Assembly: GCA_018065305.1 (NCBI GenBank)
Contig: JAGHTO010000014.1
Coordinates: forward strand, 6,243-70,242
Direction: 5' to 3'
Source: Candidatus Cacconaster scatequi
Lineage (GTDB): Bacteria > Bacteroidota > Bacteroidia > Bacteroidales > UBA932
DNA length: 64,000 nucleotides
Shown: positions 39,533-47,900 of the stretch, piece by piece
How positions within the stretch are numbered: position 1 is the first letter of the stretch
How the letters are laid out: each line of letters starts with the position of its first letter
The notes under the pieces: generated by a model
The model's input: the letters and a program-made list of their open reading frames with translations, nothing else
Database searches by the model: none
Told to the model about the DNA's origin: nothing
Made by a program: the position numbers and the translations under genes

Positions 39533-39572
39533 TTTTTGCAAAGATAAGTACTTATTTACGTACTTGCAAAAA
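39533..39572 (-). promoter_or_regulatory. Imperfect palindrome overlapping a TATCTTTG -7 box; probable yefM-yoeB promoter/operator
   Basis: TTTTTGCAA-AGAT-AAGTAC / GTACTTGCAAAAA arms. The minus-strand TATCTTTG (plus strand 39539-39546) lies about 18 nt upstream of the ATG. Confidence 0.4.
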
Positions 39573-39681
39573 TTATTTTGATTCACCCTGGCGGCTGGTG
39601 AAGACCGGCCTGATGACCGGCACAGGGAAAGATATCTCGGAGCGCGGTAACAGCGATTGTTTTTTTTGCTAACTTTATGTC

Positions 39682-40578
39682 ATGTTGTTCCTCGTTTCGG
39701 CCATAATATTCGGATCGCTGTTCTCGATTGTATTCAAAGTTTGCCAATCCTTGCGGATTGACACGGACCAGGTCATCCACTTCAACTACTTGACAGCATT
39801 AATCATAGCCGTGCTGTCCGCCCTGCTGCAGGCCGACGGCCCGAATTCTGTTCTGCAGGGTTTTTCGCTTCACTGGTCATCCCTCATCCCGGCACTGGTG
39901 GAAGGCGCGCTGTTCGTTCTGGGTTTCGTGGTGATGGACCACAGCGTGTGGAGGTCGGGAGTCGCGCTGACGACCGTCGCTGCAAGGGCATCGCTCATCC
40001 TGCCGGTGATTTTCAGCTGGATATTTCTCTCACAGCCTGCACCGACGTGGCTCCCCGTGGGAATCGTGCTGATATCTCTCGCCCTGATAATCCTCCCGGC
40101 CGAAAGCCAGAAACACGACCCCTCCCTCCTGACAAACAAGACTGACGCCCAAAGAAGGAGGCGTACGCTTCTTATGCTTGTAAGCGTTTTCGCCTGCTAC
40201 GGCTGCTCCGATTTCGGGCTCAAGATAGTTCAGCAAGCCGACCCCCATACCGATGTGATGATGGGGCTCATTTTCATCTCGGCAACACTGTTCTCCCTAC
40301 TGATATGCTTTGTAAAAGGTTCGTTCAGGAAGCATCCGCTCGGAATGAAAAGCATCCTGGGAGGTGTCATTCTGGGGTTAGTCAACAATCTCTGCACTGC
40401 TTCCCTGCTGCGGGCTCTGGGAACAATGTCCACCAGCCTCTTCTACCCCCTCTACAACATAGGGATAGTCCTTGTAGCCACCCTGACCGGAATCATTTTC
40501 TTCAAGGAAAGGCTCAAGCCCGTGCAATTTGCCGGCATCGCCCTGTCAATCATCGCAATTATCCTGTTCTTCAATTAG
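39682..40578 (+). CDS. DMT superfamily (EamA-like) membrane transporter
   Basis: About 10 hydrophobic segments arranged as two similar halves. No specific substrate motif was recognised. Confidence 0.6.
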   Translation: MLFLVSAIIFGSLFSIVFKVCQSLRIDTDQVIHFNYLTALIIAVLSALLQADGPNSVLQGFSLHWSSLIPALVEGALFVLGFVVMDHSVWRSGVALTTVAARASLILPVIFSWIFLSQPAPTWLPVGIVLISLALIILPAESQKHDPSLLTNKTDAQRRRRTLLMLVSVFACYGCSDFGLKIVQQADPHTDVMMGLIFISATLFSLLICFVKGSFRKHPLGMKSILGGVILGLVNNLCTASLLRALGTMSTSLFYPLYNIGIVLVATLTGIIFFKERLKPVQFAGIALSIIAIILFFN

Positions 40579-41255
40579 AATTTCTTGGATATACCTATAC
40601 CGTATGATGCAAGGCCCTGGACCAGACCGTCAAACCCGCCTTTGCGGATATCCAGATATGAAGCCGTGGAAGTCGTTCCGTCACCGTAGCGTGAGGTAGA
40701 CCCACTCCAACCCAACGACAGGATGCCTACGTGAAGGTCAAGAGTAAGTGTCTCCGTTATGTCTATCCCCACTACGGGAAGAATCTGAAAGCCGTATTCA
40801 GCCTGACGGTCCCACATCTCCGGGAACAGACTCCTTTCTTTCTGGTCCGATACATTGTAGAATTGACCCACATACGCATTGGCTTCAAGCCATACTGAAA
40901 CAATCTTCCAGTTCAACAGCCTGTATGCATAGTAAGGGGCAATGGTCCAGCCAATGCTTTTCCCTATCTTCTGTTCACTCTGATAGGGGTCCTGGTCAAA
41001 AAAGATGCCCTCCTCGATATTTCCATATCCGAAACCGAGTCTGGTACCGATTTGCATCTTTTCATTCAGATACCAGTACAATTTCGGTTTCACGACCACT
41101 TGGAAAGATTTCTGATCCGTCTTTTTTCCATACTGGTCATATACGCCAGTCTGTTTGCTGCTGTTGATGTTGATGTTTCCGCCGAACCTCATCTGGGCGG
41201 AAATGTCAGGAACGACAATAGTCGCAGCTAGAAGGACAAAGAGTAGTTTTTTCAT
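40575..41255 (-). CDS. Small outer-membrane beta-barrel protein
   Basis: Signal peptide (MKKLLFVLLAATIVVPDISAQ), alternating beta-strand pattern rich in Y/G, and a C-terminal F. Confidence 0.6.
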   Translation of the reverse strand: MKKLLFVLLAATIVVPDISAQMRFGGNININSSKQTGVYDQYGKKTDQKSFQVVVKPKLYWYLNEKMQIGTRLGFGYGNIEEGIFFDQDPYQSEQKIGKSIGWTIAPYYAYRLLNWKIVSVWLEANAYVGQFYNVSDQKERSLFPEMWDRQAEYGFQILPVVGIDITETLTLDLHVGILSLGWSGSTSRYGDGTTSTASYLDIRKGGFDGLVQGLASYGIGISKKF

Positions 41256-41680
41256 ATTGCTATAGCATTTGTATTATTTCGCATCGGTGCGTTTTCAGCG
41301 TACAAAGATACATTTTTTTAAAACCGACATTTTCACTGAACTTCACACCGGTCGCAAGTCAAACCGTGGTTGACATTGCGACAAAGGACAGACTCAGCCG
41401 CAGACAGCAAGTTATTTGCGAAGCAAATGACGCAGATGCAGTAAGACCGCATCAGCGGTCCGGCGGAGACCGTGTATTTGCCTCAGGCAAATACGGCAAG
41501 GTCGGGAGCCGCGGGGTCGCGAGGGTGTTCACAGCGAGCATTTTTATGCTCGCGGCCCGAGCAGCAGGGCTTTAGCCCACCGGTTGGGGCAGAGCCCCGT
41601 ATAGAAAGCGCTGTCCGGTCGCAAGCCAACCACGGTTTGCGGCCTTGACGGAGAAGACCTGGCACAGCTCACAGCAATAG

Positions 41681-42322
41681 TCAGTGGCTGTCTGTCAGAT
41701 GCCGTTCAAGCTCCTCTTGGGTGATTCCATAGACTTTCGGAGTTCTGGCCCGGGGGAAACGGCTGAAGAACGGGTCGGAAGTTTCATACCACCGCACATC
41801 CTCAATATCGCGGCACCGGGAGAAAAACCTGTCCAGCGCCGATACTCTGGTATTTGCCGCAACAGTGACAAAACGGCGCCCATCCCTGAAGGTGGTCACG
41901 CAGACATTATATTTCACAGGTAGGCCAGGCCTCACAATTCTCTGCACGTCATCCGCCTTGTGCCTTATCGTGATATGCCGGCCGTAATCGGCATTTATCC
42001 GCGCCATTATGTTGCGGAACGTTCTGCCGTGAGCGGAGGTGTCCCTGATATTGTTCAGAAGGATGTAATAATGAATCATCTCGTGCAGAACAACATCCTC
42101 CAGATCCTCCTCCGAAAGATCGAAACCCGTGCTTATCTTCATCCTGAAATCCTGTTTTGAAGTCATCAGTCCGAAGAGGCCCCGTTTAGCCTTGAACTCG
42201 ACCTTTCCCAGAAAACTCCCCGCCCGGGTCAGCACAATAGGAATCGGCGGGAGGCATCCCTCGAAGCACAGGGCATTGAACCGGTCAAAAGTTTCCTGTA
42301 TGAACGGCAGAGTTGCGATCAT
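41681..42322 (-). CDS. SprT-like zinc metalloprotease domain protein
   Basis: HExxH motif in the context VVLHEMIHYY, typical of the SprT-like family. Confidence 0.65.
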   Translation of the reverse strand: MIATLPFIQETFDRFNALCFEGCLPPIPIVLTRAGSFLGKVEFKAKRGLFGLMTSKQDFRMKISTGFDLSEEDLEDVVLHEMIHYYILLNNIRDTSAHGRTFRNIMARINADYGRHITIRHKADDVQRIVRPGLPVKYNVCVTTFRDGRRFVTVAANTRVSALDRFFSRCRDIEDVRWYETSDPFFSRFPRARTPKVYGITQEELERHLTDSH

Positions 42323-42333
42323 ACCATCCGGTA

Positions 42334-43035
42334 TTACGGTCTGTATTCGCGGTAGAATTCCACGACGGCGCCATTGTCAATCCTTATCCTTGTGGAGTAC
42401 TGATTGAAACTGCCGAATTTTGTCTTCCTGAGGTAATCGAACGTCTTTTTTCCGGGCACCGTGACCCCCTTCATCGACTTCTCGACATTGCCCCTGTCAA
42501 TGAAATCAATCGTATCGGGGACGGACAGTCTGACCTTGCCGAATGAGGTGTAGGTTGCGATATCATCCCATCCCTGATAGCGGTAGACTCCGCCGCCGAC
42601 GGGAATCAGCTCCGCTCCGCCATTGTCAAGGCCGCCGTTTATGATGACGTTTCCATCCTTGGACAGACTTTCAATCTTCACAATCTTCCCGCCTATCTCG
42701 ATATATCCGCCGACCTCCATACTGTGCAGTTCCGCCGCATCATACAGGTCCATATTGAATATCTCGAACGTGATGACGCACCCATCTTCCTCCTTCTCCA
42801 CCTCATCCTGGTCGAACGCGACGGGATAAATCCCGTCATCGAAATTATTCACGTCAATCCGGAGCGGAACCGGCCTGACAACCGGGTCTCCATTGTCGGG
42901 CTGCACTTCGGCAATCTTCTCCACCACTGCCGCCTCCGGCTTCCTGAAACGCAGAAAAACGAACACTCCTGTCAACACGACGATGATGGCAATACCTATG
43001 ATGAGGCCCTTTCTTGTTATGTTGATTTCGGTCAT
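42334..43035 (-). CDS. Hypothetical membrane-anchored protein
   Basis: The ATG at 43035 gives MTEINITRKGLIIGIAIIVVLTGVFVFL (one TM helix) plus a soluble domain. The gene ends 11 nt upstream of the sprT-like gene. The track ORF extension to 43488 overlaps the SulP gene and is rejected. Confidence 0.55.
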   Translation of the reverse strand: MTEINITRKGLIIGIAIIVVLTGVFVFLRFRKPEAAVVEKIAEVQPDNGDPVVRPVPLRIDVNNFDDGIYPVAFDQDEVEKEEDGCVITFEIFNMDLYDAAELHSMEVGGYIEIGGKIVKIESLSKDGNVIINGGLDNGGAELIPVGGGVYRYQGWDDIATYTSFGKVRLSVPDTIDFIDRGNVEKSMKGVTVPGKKTFDYLRKTKFGSFNQYSTRIRIDNGAVVEFYREYRP

Positions 43036-43108
43036 ATTGATTTTTAAACTTTTCCGATTGGAAGCAAATTTAGTTAAATTTGTGAATCGAAACACAATTT
43101 TTGAATCA

Positions 43109-44788
43109 ATGGCATATGTCAATTTCAAGAATCTCAAGGGAGATATTTTCGGCGGCATAACAGCCGGAATCGTGGCCCTTCCCCTGGCTCTTGCCTTCGG
43201 AATACAGGCTTTCAGCGGAATAGAAGACCCTCTCGCCCCCTCTCTGGGAGCGCTTGCAGGCCTCACTGGAGCGATGATGCTCGGTTTCTTCGCATCCCTC
43301 TTCGGCGGCACTCCGTCACAGATCAGCGGTCCGACAGGCCCGATGACCGTCATAACGGCTTCGCTGCTTGCGGGAGCCTGGAGCCAGTACGGGGATTTCT
43401 CCTCCGTACTCGTCTCGATGTCGCTTGCAGGCATTTTCTGCGGACTTTTCCAAATCCTTTTCGGAGTCCTAAAGATAGGCAGATACATACGCTACATCCC
43501 CTACCCTGTGCTTTCGGGCTTTATGAGCGGAATCGGCGTAATCATCATCCTGCAGCAGATTTATCCCCTGCTGGGCCTGAAGGCACCTGTCAGGACCATC
43601 GATATGGTTGCCGGACTTCCTTCCGCCATTCCGGCCATTTCCTGGACAGCCCTGGCGCTGGGTATCTGTACAATCCTGATTATCTTCCTGTTCCCTAAGA
43701 TTACAAGGAAAGTGCCCGCAACTCTGGTAGCGCTGATAGCAGTCACAGTAGGCTCGCTGTTCCTCAGAGAAGGCACCGCCCCCCTGATTGGGGAGATTCC
43801 GTCCGGATTCCCTCTTCCGTTTTTTGTAAAAGATGCTGTCTCCCTCGACAGCATCGTATGGAAAGATATGATAAGGAGCGCCCTGATACCCGGCATCACC
43901 CTTGCGGGACTCGGCTCGATTGACACCCTGCTCACCTCCGTGGTTGCGGACAACATCACCCATACGAAGCACAACAGCAACAAGGAACTTATCGGCCAGG
44001 GAATCGGAAATATGGTGAGCGGTATATTCGCCGGAATCGGCGGCGCGGGAGCGACGATGCGTACTGTCGTCAACGTCAAGAGCGGAGGCCGCACCCCTGT
44101 CAGCGGAATGATTCACGCACTGCTTCTGCTGGCAATCCTGCTGGGACTCGGAAGCATCGTCAAATTCGTTCCTTTATGTGTGCTCGCGGGTATACTGATT
44201 ACCGTGGGCTGGGGCATCATAGATTTCAAGGGGTTCAAGGATATCGCAAAGATTCCGCGCAGCGACGCCTTCGTGATGATGACCGTCTTCCTGCTCACGG
44301 TATTCGTTGACCTTCTCACCGCAGTTGCAATAGGAGTGGTGCTCTCCTGCGTGCTGCTGATGAAGCGCACGAGCGACCTTGTGGAAGGGTCATACAGCGC
44401 AAGCGACCCTGCCTCAAAAGCCTGGGTCGACGAATCTGCGCTGCCTGAAGAGTACAGACACAATTTAAGCATAATAAGGATGGACGGCCCGCTGTTCTTC
44501 GGGAGCGTGACCAGATTCAACGACCTGATTTCCAAAGTGCCTGCCCAGTGCGATTCGGTACTCATCAGAATGAGATACGTACCCTACCTCGACCAGTCGG
44601 GACTCTATGCCCTGGAGTCCGCTCTCAAGGATTTTGCCGACAGGGGGCTGACTGTCTATATGACAGGCGTCAAGGAGTTGCCCAAGGCAAAGATGCAGAG
44701 TCTGCACATCCTTCCCGGCCTCATACAGGAAGACCACCTGTTCGACACCTTCGAGGAGTTCGCCGGATATGTAATCAAAAAATCTTAG
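43109..44788 (+). CDS. SulP family anion permease with a C-terminal STAS domain
   Basis: Starts MAYVNFKNLKGDIFGGITAGIVALPLALAFG, the typical SulP N-terminus. It has multiple TM segments and a STAS-like tail (IIRMDGPLFFGS...). Confidence 0.9.
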   Translation: MAYVNFKNLKGDIFGGITAGIVALPLALAFGIQAFSGIEDPLAPSLGALAGLTGAMMLGFFASLFGGTPSQISGPTGPMTVITASLLAGAWSQYGDFSSVLVSMSLAGIFCGLFQILFGVLKIGRYIRYIPYPVLSGFMSGIGVIIILQQIYPLLGLKAPVRTIDMVAGLPSAIPAISWTALALGICTILIIFLFPKITRKVPATLVALIAVTVGSLFLREGTAPLIGEIPSGFPLPFFVKDAVSLDSIVWKDMIRSALIPGITLAGLGSIDTLLTSVVADNITHTKHNSNKELIGQGIGNMVSGIFAGIGGAGATMRTVVNVKSGGRTPVSGMIHALLLLAILLGLGSIVKFVPLCVLAGILITVGWGIIDFKGFKDIAKIPRSDAFVMMTVFLLTVFVDLLTAVAIGVVLSCVLLMKRTSDLVEGSYSASDPASKAWVDESALPEEYRHNLSIIRMDGPLFFGSVTRFNDLISKVPAQCDSVLIRMRYVPYLDQSGLYALESALKDFADRGLTVYMTGVKELPKAKMQSLHILPGLIQEDHLFDTFEEFAGYVIKKS

Positions 44789-44954
44789 AAGCTGTTTTGA
44801 AATGGTTCACGAAAATTATTATAGATTATTTTTCAGTAGATTTTTTGATGATTTGATGGCGCAATGGGGTTCCATTGCGACTGAAAAGCATCGGAAAATA
44901 TGCGAAAAAGAAGCATAAGTATTGAAGTTAATCATTTCAAAAACAGCTTCTTAG
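44785..44954. repeat. 170-bp MITE-like element with ~20-nt terminal inverted repeats
   Basis: TTAGAAGCTGTTTTGAAATGG (44785-44805) versus CATTTCAAAAACAGCTTCTTAG (44933-44954), with one mismatch and a 1-nt indel. Both arms overlap the stop codons of the convergent flanking genes. An inner 8-bp hairpin lies at 44860-44879. Confidence 0.5.
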
Positions 44955-47900
44955 AACGGATACCCTATTCCGAAATTGAGCCTCATCCCGTCCTTGAAAA
45001 AGTGCGGGATGTTGTAATATCCGGGCTTTCCGGTATCGTACGGAGCGTGAATCGCTATTCCGAGGTCAAGTCTCGCGACAATGGACTGGAATACGAATCT
45101 CACTCCGAATCCTGACCCCAGCGCTATCTGTTGCAGCAGTTTGTTGAATTTGATGCCGTCATCGAAATTGTAGATGATGCCGGTGATTTTTTCCAGTTCC
45201 GCCAGCTCCTGCGCGGTGCAACAATCACGCACCGACTTCGCATTCCATACGTTGCCCGCATCCACGAAAACAGCGCCTTCCAACATCCAGAACAGAGGGA
45301 ACCTGTATTCCACGTTCGCCTCGAATTTTATCTCCCCGCTGTGATACATATACATATCGTATTTGTCACTGTGGAACTCTCCGGGACCTATGGACCTCGG
45401 CGCGAACGCCCTGATGCTGTTCGGACCGCCGATATAGAAGAGGTCTGCGAGCGGGGCGCCATACCCTCCGCCTACCGTGATCGCGGATCCCGCAAATATC
45501 CTGGTGGCAAGGCTTGTCGCTTCGGAGACCCTGAAACGATTTCTCAGTTCCGCATTGAATTTCACATATTCATCGAACGGCTCCGGCTTTATGATTGAAT
45601 TCAGCAGGATGGCCGACTCCTTCACCCCCGCCTCAAGTCGCGTGGTCACGGCACGGGAGGTCTCAAAGGTGTTGTTGTACCTGAAATTGTATCCCAGGGA
45701 CAGGGTGTTGGTATTGTCGGCAATGCTCTTGATGAGATTGTCTTTGTTGGAGAAACCGCCGTAGTAATTAAGGTCGCCTGCAGTGAGCACCAGCGTCCAG
45801 TTCACGGGAGAGAAATCGTGAGTGACGTATCTGGATGTCCTGAATCCGTAATTTGCGCCCAGCGACACCTTGTTGAGCATACATCCGGCGGCTATGTTCT
45901 CGAACATATACCCCACGTTGAGGGATGTCGATACGGGCTGTTCGAACCTCTTTTTCGCAAAACCGGGGAAGAAAATCTTCGGGAAAGACACGGAGGCGTC
46001 AAAGCCGATGTCGAAGTTGTCGTTCACATAATTATTGTCTCTGTCACGGTTGGCCATCTTCCAATAATATGCCCCGAACACTTTGGCGGATATCAACTCG
46101 TCAAGTTTCAACAGATTGCGTTTTGTCATCGTCACGGACATATCCGGACCGAGCTGGGAATTGCTGCGATACGAGACATTGCCTTCGAGGTCAAACGTGA
46201 ACGGATTGACGGAATCTTTGGCGGACCGGACATCGAAACCGGTCCTTATCCCAATACCGTCCTTGTCGAGTTCCCCGTCCACTATATTCTCATAGTCCTT
46301 CTTATGGAAGAGCGTCAACGTTGTTTTGGAATCCTTCTTCAACCTCCAGTCCACCGAAAGGTTGTCTATGGCTGACTGGGATTTCTGACCGTTGCCTCCC
46401 ATATCCGAGATGCGGCCTCCCACCGACAGCTTCAACCTGTTGTCAAAGAAACTCTTGGACAGGGCCATCGTATAATCGGTGGAGAGAAGTCCGTCACGAT
46501 AGGACGTGCCTGCTCCGAAGTCCAAATCGACATATTTACCCAATGCATTGTTTGCCAAAGCATTGGCACTTCGTTGCAGAATGCTCGTGACTGCATATCC
46601 CGACTTGTTCAAGGCAGTGTTGGTCTCGGATGCATACATACCCGTGGCAAGAAGAGTCACCGCTATGCGGTCGCGGTCCTCATCCGAAAATCCTTCTATC
46701 TCCTTCTGTATGACCGCATCGTCAGGAGCTTCTATGCTGAATTTGATTCCCAGGTCCTTCAGAGTGTTGACGACCCTGACTCCGACAATGAAATCCACCT
46801 CCCTGGTTCTCTCCCCGAGGTCACCCACGATGGCTCGCGCCGGTTGCAGGGCGGAAACATTCAGAGACATCCTGTCCAGCGGACCGTTGAAGGTCACGTT
46901 GCTTCCCGGATCTATCGAGAACGGTTCGAAAGGATAATATGGAGGGGAATAGCGTATCTCCCCCTGCTTCACGTCAATTCTTCCGTCAAGCAGCATCTCT
47001 CCCCCGATGGGGTACTGCACGTTGACCTTGCCGGAAGGTTTGACGTGTACATAATTCTTCCTGTCTATCAGGTAAGTTATGTCCGTCTCCGGCAGGAGTG
47101 TCACGTCTCCCGATATGTCCAGCTTTTCAGGGGTACCTGCCAATACGATGTCCAGGCCCGCGGCGACGTTGCCGAAATATGGGATGGTGTCTTTCCTTTC
47201 CAACGGAAGGGGCTTGAACCTGTCGCTCTTTATTGCAAAGTCCATTGCCATATCGGACAAGGCCAATGTACCATCCACCACGGCATAAGTGCTGTCCACG
47301 GCATATACGGGAAGACTGTCTATCCGGACCATGCCATCCTCGAGACGAATCGGGACATTTCCTATCGCGAGCTGCGCATCAAAGGGGGCATACCCTACGG
47401 TTATACCGTCAGGCACGACTTCTCCGGAAATCCGAAGACTGTCGAGGCTGCCCTTCGCAGAAACCTTTGCCAGAACCTCGCCTCCCGTTGTCAGATTACC
47501 GAGATCGACGAAGGAGCCTATCACAGAAAGCGGGATATTGTCCGTGTCGGCGGAAAGGTCAAAGAATTTCATATCAGGAGACGTGCCTTCGAACCTGACG
47601 GTATGCGTTCCGAAATCAGCGGAAGCATATTGCAAACCGTCAAGAATGAGCCGGCCCTCCGCACTGAGGCTTTTGCGGTCGAGAGATGCATCCAGGTCGA
47701 GGTCAAGGCCTGTGTTCAAATCACGGATACCCAAGGTCCCGTCCTTTATTTCCGACTTCACTTTCAGACTGGCCGTGGCACAGCTGCCGGAAAGGACAGC
47801 ATCCAGTCCCGCCCTGATGTCAGGCAAGCCATACTGGCTGAGAAAGTCAAGGTCAATCCTGCACAGCAGATCGTCATCCGCCTGAGTGAGCCGCACGTCC

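Noticed and set aside
43036-43488. An N-terminal extension of the 384-aa minus-strand ORF, and the reciprocal 42893-43108 extension of the SulP ORF.
   Set aside because: The two extensions overlap each other. Each gene has a sensible internal ATG (43035 and 43109) giving a TM anchor and the canonical SulP N-terminus respectively. The extended parts have no signal or motif content.
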